From a virus (taxonomy: Duplodnaviria > Caudoviricetes): a DNA stretch of 64,000 nt. Shown here piece by piece: positions 18,169 through 28,234 of this stretch. The DNA lies in the IMG/VR virus record IMGVR_UViG_3300005259_000074, positions 198,471-262,470 of that record. One strand, written 5' to 3'. Numbering within the stretch: the first letter of the stretch is position 1; each line of letters begins with the position of its first letter. Position numbers and translations under genes: made by a program. The notes below the pieces were generated by a model, which did no database searches, was not told where the DNA came from, and was given only the letters and a program-made list of their open reading frames with translations.

Positions 18169-18656
18169 AAGTTGAACTTCTCGACTACGACGTTATTCTT
18201 TAGCAGCATCTCTTTGACTTCATTGTCGTCAAAGCCGTATTCAGCTCTACAGTACTCATCGCTGTAGACTATTCTTTTGACTCCAGCTTGGATTAACATC
18301 GGAAGACAGCGACAACACGGCTGTAGAGTGCTAAACATAGTCGAGCCTTCGATCTTCACCCCGTTCTTAGCGGCAGCTAAAATCGTGTTGAGCTCCGAAT
18401 GTATCTCATTTTTGAGAGACCACTCGTGGTGTTCTCTCCTCTCTTCATCCATGATGTATCCGGCGTCTTTCCACTGAGGAAACTTGTCGCAGCAGTTGAT
18501 AGATCCCGCGACAGTCCCGTTGACGCCCATAGAGACGACTCTGTCATCTCTGACGAGGATCGCTCCTACCTTTATAGACACACACTTAGACAACTTAGCT
18601 GCGGAGAAGGCCATCTCCATGAAAACTCGGTCTTTAAGAGAGCTCATCGCTCTCAC
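18165..18656 (-). CDS. cd: dCMP deaminase
   Basis: KVGAIL..GVNG, IHSELN, PCCRC. Confidence 0.93.
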   Translation of the reverse strand: MRAMSSLKDRVFMEMAFSAAKLSKCVSIKVGAILVRDDRVVSMGVNGTVAGSINCCDKFPQWKDAGYIMDEERREHHEWSLKNEIHSELNTILAAAKNGVKIEGSTMFSTLQPCCRCLPMLIQAGVKRIVYSDEYCRAEYGFDDNEVKEMLLKNNVVVEKFNL

Positions 18657-18668
18657 CTCACATTGAAT

Positions 18669-18905
18669 TCAGGATTTCTTGATTTCTACCGCTTGATTGT
18701 GTCCACTTAGGATTGCAGATGCAGCCGCGATCATCTTGTTCAATTGATCGAGTTTGACTTGCTGTTCTCCGTCCTTTTTCGCGAGCTGTTTCAGAGCTTT
18801 CTCGAGTTCTTCAGCCTTCTTTTCAGCTGTCAGCGCGCGTTTTTCAGCGGCGAGGGCCTTCGCCTCTGTTTCTTTGATCTCATTTACGAACTTCTCGACA
18901 TCCAT
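18669..18905 (-). CDS. Small coiled-coil protein
   Basis: 78 aa E/K/A-rich heptad pattern with upstream GAGGAG RBS. Confidence 0.65.
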   Translation of the reverse strand: MDVEKFVNEIKETEAKALAAEKRALTAEKKAEELEKALKQLAKKDGEQQVKLDQLNKMIAAASAILSGHNQAVEIKKS

Positions 18906-18925
18906 GATATGACTCCTCTTGTTTA

Positions 18926-19492
18926 TTAGGTGATACCGTTGCCAGTCGAACCAAATCCGTCACTGCCGCGCGTAGATGTGAATGAGTAGAGTTCATTCAC
19001 ACTCGCGATCTCCACTAGTTCTTCGTCATTTATCGGGATCATCACTAGCTGAATGATCTTCTCCCCTGCTGATATACTTACGGAAGTGTCAGACAAGTTG
19101 GCGATAGATATGTGTGCTTCACCTTGGTAACCTGCATCTAACAGGTTTGCCATGAACACTATGCCTTTTTTGGAAGACACGCCAGACTTATTGCAAGCGA
19201 TCAGCGCCCAACCTTTAGGGATGTCAAAATGAATCCCTGCTGGTATTTTCACTCTGCCGAGAGGGCCGATCACTATAGATGACACGATTTCATCTTCAGC
19301 ACTCTCATAGATATTGCATATCTTAGAACGGAAGGTCACATTGAATGAATCATGAAAATTGAAATTGCCTCGACGCAGATCAGTGGGTACAAACATATCA
19401 AAACCTGCGTCAAGGGCATGTCCCCTGACAGGAGACTTGACGTCTCTTACCTTCGAGAACCTTATCTTAGGATACTTCACACTTTCCTCCAT
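18926..19492 (-). CDS. dut: Trimeric dUTPase
   Basis: AGFD, NKSG, LDAGYQGE, IIQL, RGSDGFGSTG. Confidence 0.95.
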   Translation of the reverse strand: MEESVKYPKIRFSKVRDVKSPVRGHALDAGFDMFVPTDLRRGNFNFHDSFNVTFRSKICNIYESAEDEIVSSIVIGPLGRVKIPAGIHFDIPKGWALIACNKSGVSSKKGIVFMANLLDAGYQGEAHISIANLSDTSVSISAGEKIIQLVMIPINDEELVEIASVNELYSFTSTRGSDGFGSTGNGIT

Positions 19493-19672
19493 TTAAAGAT
19501 TGTCTTAATAGTACACCGTTGTCCTCACATATGCATCGAGGTTCTATGAGAGGACAGAGTACTATAAGACTATCTGAGAATGTTACAGCGCACAGATTAA
19601 TCCTTACCACCAGATCCATTACCACCAGTAAATCGCTATTTGAGTCGCGATGACTCGACGACGTTCCTACCA

Positions 19673-19678
19673 TAAATA
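19673..19678 (+). promoter_or_regulatory. Late-type promoter core upstream of gp55
   Basis: CATAAATAG 13 nt before ATG 19691. Confidence 0.5.
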
Positions 19679-19690
19679 GGGCCTGTTGCA

Positions 19691-20242
19691 ATGACCAGGA
19701 GACAACCCATTTTTTTCAAGAAGAAAAACGCGAGTCTTAAGAAAGAAAGTGCTAAGAAGACGAAACCCGAGCGCGCTGTCAGAGAAGAAGTTGAGAAGAA
19801 AAAGAAGAAGCGAGTCCCTCCGACAGACCCGGAGAAAGCTAAGTACTACATCGACCCAGACGACCTGATGAAAGAACTCCGGAAGTTCAAGAAGACGAAG
19901 AAGATATCTGAGACCCTGGGGACTTATCTGATGAAGTTGGCGAATAAGTACGCGTCGTCGTGGAAGTTCAACAACTATTCTTACAAAGACGAGTTCATTA
20001 GTGATGCTATCTGCAGAATGGTGCAGCAAGTGGATAAAATTAACTTAGATCACCCAAAGTGCAATCCGTTTGCTTATTTGACCATGATGTGTCACAGAGT
20101 GTTTATCTCGAGGATAATGAAAGAGAAACGCTATCAGCAGACTAAAGAGTCTCTAGCTATCGAGAAGTATGGCCTTAGTGCAGATTTCTTCAACAGAGAG
20201 ATCTTTGACAATGACAACCCGGACCATCACAAAGACGAATAG
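19691..20242 (+). CDS. gp55: Late-transcription sigma factor gp55
   Basis: YYID..L..L, LMKLANKYA..KFNNYSYKDEFISDAI, NPFAYLTM.C..FISRIMKEK. Confidence 0.9.
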   Translation: MTRRQPIFFKKKNASLKKESAKKTKPERAVREEVEKKKKKRVPPTDPEKAKYYIDPDDLMKELRKFKKTKKISETLGTYLMKLANKYASSWKFNNYSYKDEFISDAICRMVQQVDKINLDHPKCNPFAYLTMMCHRVFISRIMKEKRYQQTKESLAIEKYGLSADFFNREIFDNDNPDHHKDE

Positions 20243-20305
20243 TTCGAGTCTAAAATCTGCTTATAGAGTTGTATAATAAATTGTGTTTGTACAGGGGTTG
20301 GCATA

Positions 20306-21445
20306 GTGGAAATCATCGACGTCGCAGAAGAAAAGATAGCGGTCTTCACGGACATCCACTGGGGTAAGTCTAGAGACAGCATGCTCAAACTCAAGTTGGC
20401 GAAAGACTTCGTAGACTACTTCGTACTCGAGTCTAAAGCCAGAGGTGCTAACATCGCACTCTTCTTAGGCGACTGGTTCGACAACCGGAGCTCTCTCAAC
20501 GTTCTGACTCTCAACTACGCGAAAGACGCCGTCGAGAAATTGAGCAAGTCTTTCGACAAAGTCATAATGGTCGTCGGCAACCACGACACCTACTTCAGAG
20601 AGCGCAGCGAGATCAACAGCGTAGAGCAGTATGAGAGTGTCGACAACGTAGTCGTAGTCAAAGAACCGTCTATCTTGAGGTTCAAACACTCAAAGAAAGA
20701 CATGCTCCTCTGTCCCTGGCACTGGGAGAAAACTCACATAGTGACTGATGAACAGCCAGACTACGCCGCAGGACATTTTGAAGTCAACGGTGTGTACTTA
20801 GCTGGATCAACGGTGTTCACGAATTCCAACGCACCTGACACCAACTCGATAGCGTCTATCGCGAAAGAAATGGTGTTGTCAGGACACTTCCACATCAGAA
20901 AAGAGTATCCGTGTAAGAACGGCAAGTTGATGATGGTCGGTTCTCCACTCCAGTTAGACTGGGGTGACTACGGCAACGATAAGGGATTCTACATCCTCGA
21001 ACCAACTGGCAGCAGTCTCGAGTTCATTCAGAACACCAAATCTCCAGTTTACGTGAAGTTCTCTTGGAAACAGCTGTGCGACGGCACTCAGAAAATAAAT
21101 CCCGAACGAGTGTCTGGGAACTTCGTGAAGCTAGTCATCGACGACAAGTACGAGTACAAGAACATCGCTCAGTTGACTGATGCAATAAAAAAGCTCAACC
21201 CACTGAGCTTCGAAGAAGACTTCATCTTCACCATCGGTGGAAAACTGATGCTCGAAGAGGGTGATTGCGATGGATTGACAGATCGCGGTGGCCTCAAATA
21301 CACGCACTTGGATTACTGCGTCAAATACGTTGAGAAAATGAGCAAAGAAGAAGGAATGATAGATGGTGTCAATAGACAGGAGCTGATAGACATGCTCAGA
21401 CAGTACTACGACTCGGTGATGACTGGTTCGGAGGACAGAGACTGA
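20306..21445 (+). CDS. gp47: Mre11/SbcD-like nuclease (gp47)
   Basis: TDIHWG, LGDWFD, VGNHD, AGHFE, SGHFH, GSP.QLDWGD. Confidence 0.95.
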   Translation: MEIIDVAEEKIAVFTDIHWGKSRDSMLKLKLAKDFVDYFVLESKARGANIALFLGDWFDNRSSLNVLTLNYAKDAVEKLSKSFDKVIMVVGNHDTYFRERSEINSVEQYESVDNVVVVKEPSILRFKHSKKDMLLCPWHWEKTHIVTDEQPDYAAGHFEVNGVYLAGSTVFTNSNAPDTNSIASIAKEMVLSGHFHIRKEYPCKNGKLMMVGSPLQLDWGDYGNDKGFYILEPTGSSLEFIQNTKSPVYVKFSWKQLCDGTQKINPERVSGNFVKLVIDDKYEYKNIAQLTDAIKKLNPLSFEEDFIFTIGGKLMLEEGDCDGLTDRGGLKYTHLDYCVKYVEKMSKEEGMIDGVNRQELIDMLRQYYDSVMTGSEDRD

Positions 21446-23271
21446 TGAAGCAGAGCTTGAAATTCAAGAAGTTGCGCATACAGAACTTCAAGTCAATAGG
21501 GCGCGAGATCGAGTTCGACTTCGAGAAGCACGAGGGGCTGAACTACATCTTCGGGACCAACTACGACATCGAAGGGACCAAGAACGGGTGCGGCAAGAGC
21601 ACCATCTGGGACGGCTTGCTGTTCGCGCTATTCGGCAAGACGCTGAAGAACACCAACAACACGTACATTCCAAATAGGACTATGTTAGACCCATCGGCGT
21701 GGATCACCTGCCAGTGCGAAGTCGAGCTAGACTCTGGAGACCGCTCATTCATAGTGAGATCGTTCATAAAGAAACCTGGGCACTGCGTTAACACTGAAGT
21801 GTACGAAGGTGAGGAGAATCTTTCAAAAGCTAGCGTGCACGAGACGAGGTCTTACATCGAGAAGGAAGTATTGAAGTGCACTTTTGAATTATTCAAGACT
21901 AGCATATTCATATCATCTTCGGACAAATTCAGCTTTTTCGACATGAACGCCGCTAAGAAGCGTGAGTACTTAGAGCAGATATTCAAGCTGACATGTTTTG
22001 GGGAGATGCTGAAGAAGATAAGGGCTGATTACAACTCTCTTGAGAAGGAGATAGCTCTCCTCCAGCGGGAGATAAAGAGCATCGGAGACAACGTTGAGAC
22101 GTACGCGAAGAAGTCTAATGAGATGAGTGCCGAGAATATCAGAAAGATCGACCACCTCAAGAAGAAGATAGAACTCAAACGCGGTCAGATGTCTGAGATC
22201 AGAGACGTTGCTAACGACAAAGACAAAGTGCTGTTCAGAGAAGCCGAATTGGCTGAGAAATGCGCCGAGACTCTAGCCGAATTAAAGAACGCACAAGTGA
22301 AAGTCTCCAGTGCTATCTCTGGGATAAAGAAAGACATCAGCCACTACCTAGCCGAGAAATCAAAGCACTCAGAAGTCTTGAAGATAGTGTGCAATGAGTG
22401 TGTGAAAGAGATCAGCGCGAAGTTCTCCCTAGAGGGGTTGCAAAAAGACATCGACGAAGCTGGAGTAAAAGAAGCTAAACTCGAAGTGAAAAAGACTGAG
22501 GTTGACGAAGCTGTCGAGAAGATCAAGCTGAAGCTGAAGAAGCTGAAACCCCAGATCGAGAAGGCAGCTGAAGTCAAGAAGATTCTCTCGAAGAACAAGT
22601 GGATCAAAGACCACCTGGAGAAAGACATAAAGAACCTCGAGCAGGAGCTCGCAGATTCGAAAGACCCAAAGAACCACTTCAGCGAGCTGCTAGAAGCAGC
22701 CAGAGCCGACTTCGACGTCAAGAAGAAGATGCTCGATGAATTCTTCAATAAGAAGACTAACTTGGACATCTTACAGAAGATCGTCGGGGAAGATGGCGCG
22801 AAGAAATTCATCATCAAAGACTTGGTCGAAATGCTCAACGTGAGGATCAGACGGTACTTGGACGAGATGGGAGCTGAATTCACGGTGTACTTTGACGAAT
22901 CGTTCGACTGCCGCTCGATAACATCGACTGGAGAGTGCGACTACTCGAGTTTCAGCGCGGGGGAGAGAGCTAGGATAAACTTGGCTATCATGCTGACGTT
23001 CAAAGATGTTCTGAACTCTAGCGGCGTCGATTCCAACATATTCATACTTGACGAAGTGCTAGACGGTGGGATCGACCAGTACGCACTGAAATCTCTAGTC
23101 AACATTCTGAAGAATCAGTGTGAGACATACAAGCAAACCATTTACTTGATATCTCACCGTTCAGAGATAATCGATGATGGATGTTTCGACAATGTGATAG
23201 AAGTCGTGAAGAAAAATAATGTCTCTTATATCAAATCAGACCCACAAGGAGGGACTGAAAATTTAGATTAG
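21445..23271 (+). CDS. gp46: Rad50/SbcC-like ATPase (gp46)
   Basis: NGCGKST, CNEC hook, coiled coil, FSAGE signature, LDEVLD. Confidence 0.95.
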   Translation: MKQSLKFKKLRIQNFKSIGREIEFDFEKHEGLNYIFGTNYDIEGTKNGCGKSTIWDGLLFALFGKTLKNTNNTYIPNRTMLDPSAWITCQCEVELDSGDRSFIVRSFIKKPGHCVNTEVYEGEENLSKASVHETRSYIEKEVLKCTFELFKTSIFISSSDKFSFFDMNAAKKREYLEQIFKLTCFGEMLKKIRADYNSLEKEIALLQREIKSIGDNVETYAKKSNEMSAENIRKIDHLKKKIELKRGQMSEIRDVANDKDKVLFREAELAEKCAETLAELKNAQVKVSSAISGIKKDISHYLAEKSKHSEVLKIVCNECVKEISAKFSLEGLQKDIDEAGVKEAKLEVKKTEVDEAVEKIKLKLKKLKPQIEKAAEVKKILSKNKWIKDHLEKDIKNLEQELADSKDPKNHFSELLEAARADFDVKKKMLDEFFNKKTNLDILQKIVGEDGAKKFIIKDLVEMLNVRIRRYLDEMGAEFTVYFDESFDCRSITSTGECDYSSFSAGERARINLAIMLTFKDVLNSSGVDSNIFILDEVLDGGIDQYALKSLVNILKNQCETYKQTIYLISHRSEIIDDGCFDNVIEVVKKNNVSYIKSDPQGGTENLD

Positions 23272-23311
23272 ACGTAAATAATTTAGCTAGTGTTAAGGGA
23301 AGAACAGCCCA

Positions 23312-23551
23312 ATGATGAATCCAAATGAACCACTAGGATTGCCAAAAGGATCTGTCAGAGCTATACTAGCACTCGAAATTGTCACATATTGTCTAGTGTA
23401 CTTCTGGGTGTTCCGTGAATTTTCTGTTCCAATCGTATCATTACTGTTCACCGTGACGACGTTCTATTTTGCTTCTAGAGCATTTCCAAATAGAGTTTCA
23501 AATGAGTATGAAAGTGATCTTAAAGACAAACAAATTGCAGACGAAAAATGA
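23312..23551 (+). CDS. Small two-TM membrane protein
   Basis: GLPKGSVRAILAL followed by two hydrophobic segments; late-type TAAATA at 23275-23280. Confidence 0.7.
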   Translation: MMNPNEPLGLPKGSVRAILALEIVTYCLVYFWVFREFSVPIVSLLFTVTTFYFASRAFPNRVSNEYESDLKDKQIADEK

Positions 23552-23688
23552 CGATCGTATCGTTCATCTTTGGGTTTCTAGTTGCATGTTGGTGGTTTAG
23601 TAGAAGTGAATTAAATAATGTAGTCGTGATCATTTTATTCTTAGTGGGAATTTTAGTGACAGCATCCACTCTAGTAAAAGACAAGTGA
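23548..23688 (+). CDS. 46-aa hydrophobic membrane peptide (not in ORF track)
   Basis: ATGA overlap with previous stop; MTIVSFIFGFLVACWWFSRSELNNVVVIILFLVGILVTASTLVKDK. Confidence 0.55.
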   Translation: MTIVSFIFGFLVACWWFSRSELNNVVVIILFLVGILVTASTLVKDK

Positions 23689-23710
23689 AAGTTGAGTGTG
23701 ATTTAGAGAC

Positions 23711-24394
23711 ATGAACATTTACATCATTTCTTGCACAAAATCTAGCAATAAAGAATTCAATGACACTCCGCTGGGTAAGTCAATAGTGAAATTGAACACT
23801 GTCTTGGGTATCAATATCACTCCTCTCGTGTGTTTCAATAACACGGATGGAATGCCAAAAGTCTACAATGACTTTCTATCGATGACATCTGGAAACGATC
23901 GCGTGCTGTTCGTTCACGATGATGTTTACATCAACGACATATTCTTAGCTGATAAGTTAGAGGAAGGATTCAAGAATTATGACGTCCTGGGAGTCGCTGG
24001 TTCCGATAACTTCTCGATAGCCAGAAATCCCGTGTGCTGGCACAATTCACCGAGAGACAGTTGGAGTGGGGCTGTTGAACACCCTGTGAAGAACAAGAGC
24101 GATGGTCAGACATTCGTGACGTCCTTCGGCGACTGGCCCAAGCGATGCATAGTGCTGGATGGATTGTTCATTGCAGTCAAGAGCGTAGACATAGCCAAGA
24201 AGATAGGCTGGGACGAAGATTTTGAATTCGACTTTTACGACGCTTCGTTCTGCTTAAGAGCACACCGAGCGGGGTTTAGACTAGGAACTGTTCCAGTCTC
24301 TACGACTCACATGTCGCACGGAGATGGGATAAAAAAAGAATCATATAAGATATCCCAAGAACTCTTTATATCTAAGTTCAAAAATAAGCAATGA
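23711..24394 (+). CDS. GT-A-fold glycosyltransferase
   Basis: YNDF, LFVHDDV, LGVAGS, LDGLF, FDFYDASFC, HMSHG. Confidence 0.85.
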   Translation: MNIYIISCTKSSNKEFNDTPLGKSIVKLNTVLGINITPLVCFNNTDGMPKVYNDFLSMTSGNDRVLFVHDDVYINDIFLADKLEEGFKNYDVLGVAGSDNFSIARNPVCWHNSPRDSWSGAVEHPVKNKSDGQTFVTSFGDWPKRCIVLDGLFIAVKSVDIAKKIGWDEDFEFDFYDASFCLRAHRAGFRLGTVPVSTTHMSHGDGIKKESYKISQELFISKFKNKQ

Positions 24395-24411
24395 GAGTGT
24401 AGAATAGATCT

Positions 24412-24783
24412 ATGAGTAAATTTCCCTTTGACGATCTCAAAAATGAGTTCGGAGAAGCATCTGAAGACAGTGCACTAGCAATAGCGATTCTTGAAGATGT
24501 TGAATTTTTGATCGAATTCAACCAACTGTCTGCTCCTCCCGAGATAAACAGAACTTTCAATGTGTTCCAGTACAAAGTGCTCCTGAAGTATTTTAATGAT
24601 CACATCAAAAAGGTAGTCAAAGACGACAACCATAAGATTTTGTGGTTAGCAGACCACACTGACGCTCTTAAAAAGCTCAGAGATATAGGTAACAAGATTC
24701 CTGAAAAAGAAGTCATGACTCTGAGCGACACGGATGTTCCGAAGTACGCAGAGAAATTGAGTAAGATAGCAAAGTTACTGTGA
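24412..24783 (+). CDS. Hypothetical protein
   Basis: 123 aa ORF in operon. Confidence 0.65.
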   Translation: MSKFPFDDLKNEFGEASEDSALAIAILEDVEFLIEFNQLSAPPEINRTFNVFQYKVLLKYFNDHIKKVVKDDNHKILWLADHTDALKKLRDIGNKIPEKEVMTLSDTDVPKYAEKLSKIAKLL

Positions 24784-24787
24784 GGTA

Positions 24788-25126
24788 GTGATGTCCGGTG
24801 AAACGATAGACGTAGAAGCGATCGTCAGTGAGAGTGAAGTGATAAAATCCAAAGAACCTCAAGTTCTCGTAGCTTCTCCCAAGAAGAACTGCAAGTACTG
24901 CAACGGAAAAGGCACCGTCATCTTACTGAAACCCAACACGTTCTCAGTCAGCAAGCTCAACGGCGATAAGAAGACTATATTCAAATCTCCTCGTGAATTG
25001 ACACCGTGTCACTGCCTCATCAACGCGATGAACAATGCGACAAGCAAGGACCTCAAGCTGAACAGCTTGAAGAACAAGATGAAGTTCAAGACGACCGACG
25101 ATGGCGTCTTGACGGTGGTGATGTAG
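24788..25126 (+). CDS. Putative Zn-finger protein
   Basis: CKYCNGKG...PCHC. Confidence 0.6.
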   Translation: MMSGETIDVEAIVSESEVIKSKEPQVLVASPKKNCKYCNGKGTVILLKPNTFSVSKLNGDKKTIFKSPRELTPCHCLINAMNNATSKDLKLNSLKNKMKFKTTDDGVLTVVM

Positions 25127-25129
25127 ATC

Positions 25130-26305
25130 ATGGCACAATTCTATAACATTCTGTTATACCCCGCAGATTCGTCAGGTTGCGGTCACTACCGGATGAAATT
25201 TCCAGCATGGGCGATGCAGACTGTCTTCAGAGACATACGCTTCATCGACTCCATGAAATTGATAGGCGATAAGAATTTCTACAGAGACATCCGTGTCGTC
25301 CGTCTTCAGCGACAAGTTGCCGATGCCCAAGCTGAGTTCTTTTTGAAGTTCTTAAAGCCTCTCTGCGACTCGATGGGTGTTTGGACAATGTACGAGATCG
25401 ATGACGTCGTCGTGTATGACGATCTTCCCGCTTACAACTGCGCTAGGGACGCATTCAACAACAAGACATTCTTTAAGAATGTTGGTGACATTCTTGCTGG
25501 AGTCGACTTCATCACTGTAACATCAGAGAGCTTAAGAGACTATTATGCAAATAAGTTCTCGCTCCCGAAAGACAAGTTCATAATTGTTCCTAACTACCTC
25601 CCGCGGTGGTGGATAAACAATTACGACGTCAAAAACCAAGTGAACCACCTCAAGGAGAACAAGAAGAAGCCTCGGATAGTGTTCCCGATGTCGGCGTCTC
25701 ACATCGACTTGAAGAAGCAGAATGGTGGGATCGACGACATGACGCACATCACTGACTTCATCAGGTCGACGTACAAGCAGTACAGCTGGTGTCTCATCGG
25801 AGCGTTCCCCTGGCAGTTGGAGGACTTAGTCGCGGAGAAGAAGATAGAGATGCTAAATGGTAGCGACATCTTGAACTACCCTAGAGAGCTTTGGCAGAAG
25901 AAGTTCCAAGCGATAGTCGCTCCGCTACAAGACAACATATTCAACCGCTGTAAGTCTAACATCAAGCTGATCGAAGCTTGGGCCATGGGAATACCACCCA
26001 TCGTGCAAGACTTGGAGTGCTATTCTAAGTACACTGACTGGAAGTTCAAGACGGCGGACGACCTCCAGAACCAATTAGACAAGCTCTTCAGAGATGACGC
26101 GAAGTACGGGAAGGTGATAAAAGATAACCGCCACATAGTCGACTTCGGAGACAGGCACGCACCCAACGGCTACTGGATAGAGAAGAACTTAGCTACTTGG
26201 AGGAAGATATGCACTCTTCCTCAGAAGACTATGAAGTTCGACATAGCTAAGACGCTATCTGAGACGGCCGACGCGGGCATCAAGCTCGACTTAGACTTGG
26301 AGTGA
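25130..26305 (+). CDS. GT-B-fold glycosyltransferase
   Basis: SGCGHYRM, YEIDD, VDFITVTS..L, VPNY, APL.DN.FNRCKSNIKLIE. Confidence 0.88.
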   Translation: MAQFYNILLYPADSSGCGHYRMKFPAWAMQTVFRDIRFIDSMKLIGDKNFYRDIRVVRLQRQVADAQAEFFLKFLKPLCDSMGVWTMYEIDDVVVYDDLPAYNCARDAFNNKTFFKNVGDILAGVDFITVTSESLRDYYANKFSLPKDKFIIVPNYLPRWWINNYDVKNQVNHLKENKKKPRIVFPMSASHIDLKKQNGGIDDMTHITDFIRSTYKQYSWCLIGAFPWQLEDLVAEKKIEMLNGSDILNYPRELWQKKFQAIVAPLQDNIFNRCKSNIKLIEAWAMGIPPIVQDLECYSKYTDWKFKTADDLQNQLDKLFRDDAKYGKVIKDNRHIVDFGDRHAPNGYWIEKNLATWRKICTLPQKTMKFDIAKTLSETADAGIKLDLDLE

Positions 26306-26673
26306 AGAAGATGAACGAGAAGAAAAAGCGTTTGACGAAAGCTGACAAGATCCAGCAGCTCGCCAACGAGCCGTCCATAGTGTCCGAAGTAGCCGGTTCG
26401 GCGAAACCTGAAGGAAAACAGGTAGAAGGACCTACTATAAAACTCGGTGGGGACGACGTAGCTCTTGTGTTGCGTGCTACGGGACGGTCTGAGACGTACT
26501 TGAGAGCCAACGGTAAAGAACGCGAAGAAGTCACTGAAGGAGAGCTCCTGATGATGGCTCTCTCGTTCTTCCTTGAGAAGAAAGACTTCGTCGAGATGAT
26601 GAAAAACGAGTACTTAAAGATAGCTAAGGGACGGATGATCAACACCGACCCAGATTTCAAAGACGAGGAGTGA
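26302..26673 (+). CDS. Hypothetical protein
   Basis: 123 aa ORF, GTGA overlap. Confidence 0.6.
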   Translation: MKKMNEKKKRLTKADKIQQLANEPSIVSEVAGSAKPEGKQVEGPTIKLGGDDVALVLRATGRSETYLRANGKEREEVTEGELLMMALSFFLEKKDFVEMMKNEYLKIAKGRMINTDPDFKDEE

Positions 26674-26674
26674 C

Positions 26675-27307
26675 ATGAGAGAAGACGCATACTACGCAGT
26701 AGTCGATCCAACTGACAACTCTCCGGCGAAGAGAAACGCAGCTATCGAAGAGGCCAAGAGAGCGGAAAAAAAGTACCTCGTCTGCAGAGAATCAGACTGC
26801 GAACTGATAGACTCCGAGACGACGATAGACGCATACATAGGACAGATGCTAGAGTACGACTTAGGAGTGATCACCTACGGTTTTCACAAGAAGAACCGAG
26901 TGTTCAGCAGGACTAATCCCATGGCAGTGTACCATATCTACGGAGACAGAGAAGAGTACTTCAGCCGAGGAGTCTGCAAAGGATTCTTCATCGTAGACTT
27001 AGACAAGCTGGGAGACCTTAAGTTCGAAGAATCGCTGAAAGTCGCCGACTTCGAATTGTTCTTGCAGGAAGCTGCCGCCAAGAAGCTGATACCGTTCAAC
27101 GGGTTCTACTTCGACATACCGAAGAGCTGGGAAGCATTCAAAGAAGCTCACGATGAATTCTCCCTAGAAGACATAAATCTGCGGAGGAAGAACGAAGAAG
27201 AAGACGCTAAGTGGATGAAAGAACATGATAAGAAGATAGTATTCGAGACTAATCTCGACAAGCTGTCTAACTTCCTAGTCGATCACTGGAGGAACAAATG
27301 TCAGTAA
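26675..27307 (+). CDS. Degenerate GT-A-like protein (tentative)
   Basis: RNAAIEEA..KYLVCRESD..IDAYI resembles the GT-A DxD region of myovirus GTs, but without an intact DxD. Confidence 0.4.
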   Translation: MREDAYYAVVDPTDNSPAKRNAAIEEAKRAEKKYLVCRESDCELIDSETTIDAYIGQMLEYDLGVITYGFHKKNRVFSRTNPMAVYHIYGDREEYFSRGVCKGFFIVDLDKLGDLKFEESLKVADFELFLQEAAAKKLIPFNGFYFDIPKSWEAFKEAHDEFSLEDINLRRKNEEEDAKWMKEHDKKIVFETNLDKLSNFLVDHWRNKCQ

Positions 27308-27621
27308 TGAAGAATGCTCCGTTCGACCGCAAAGACCTAAAAGCGTGCGGGACGAAAGTAGTCATCGAAAAGCTCGAGCGATACCACGAAATGAGGAATG
27401 TCGGAGGAATAGACCTTCCAGACGACTACAAACAGGGTGGTGTCTTGTGTAAAGGAGTCGTCATATCGGTTGGTAGTGACGCCGCGCTTGAAGGGCTAGA
27501 AGCGGGCATGACGGTGCTGTACGATACCCACTCAGTATTCTATGACACTCATCCAATAGTTATTACCAACGTTGAGAATGTGATCGTAGTAGTACATGAG
27601 AAAGAAGAACGTCATGTCTGA
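27298..27621 (+). CDS. groES: GroES/gp31-like co-chaperonin
   Basis: LKACGTKVVIE, GGIDLPD, GVVISVG, GMTVLY. Confidence 0.85.
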   Translation: MSVMKNAPFDRKDLKACGTKVVIEKLERYHEMRNVGGIDLPDDYKQGGVLCKGVVISVGSDAALEGLEAGMTVLYDTHSVFYDTHPIVITNVENVIVVVHEKEERHV

Positions 27622-28234
27622 TGAAAAGAGAGTCGAAGAGCGTAATGAATTCGCACAAGTCATCATCAACAAGAGTGAACTAACACAGATCAACATCTAC
27701 ATCAATAACGAGATAGAATCTTCTAACAACTATGTAGAAGTGTTGAATTCGCTTAGAATGGCTAATCCCCATGACAGTGTGATGATGTACTTAAACAGCC
27801 CCGGAGGTCACTTAGATACGACTATGCAGCTCATCAACGCGATGGATGAGTGTGAGGCTCCTGTGACGACCGTCTTGGATGGGATAGCTCATTCGGCTGC
27901 TTCTCTGTTGTTCCTCAATGGTGACACTCTCATGATCTATAAGTATGCATCAATGATGTGTCATATGTACTCAACTTTGACTTTCGGCAAAGCCCATGAA
28001 CTCAAAGCGCAAATGGATTTCAGTCAACATCTATACCGCGACATGATGAGTGAGATCTATGGAGGTTTTTTAACCGAGTCTGAGATCAAAGAGATGTTCG
28101 AAGGTAAAGACTTCTGGTTCGACTCCAAAGAAATAGCTAAGAGGATAGTAAGACTTCGACAGTTTAGAATTAAATCCCAAGCTAACTTAGAGAAAAAGAA
28201 ACGCAGAGAAAAGAAAGAAAACACTAATGAATGA
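27614..28234 (+). CDS. clpP: ClpP-family serine protease
   Basis: YLNSPGG, AHSAASL (Ser), MMCH (His), KDFWF. Confidence 0.88.
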   Translation: MSDEKRVEERNEFAQVIINKSELTQINIYINNEIESSNNYVEVLNSLRMANPHDSVMMYLNSPGGHLDTTMQLINAMDECEAPVTTVLDGIAHSAASLLFLNGDTLMIYKYASMMCHMYSTLTFGKAHELKAQMDFSQHLYRDMMSEIYGGFLTESEIKEMFEGKDFWFDSKEIAKRIVRLRQFRIKSQANLEKKKRREKKENTNE

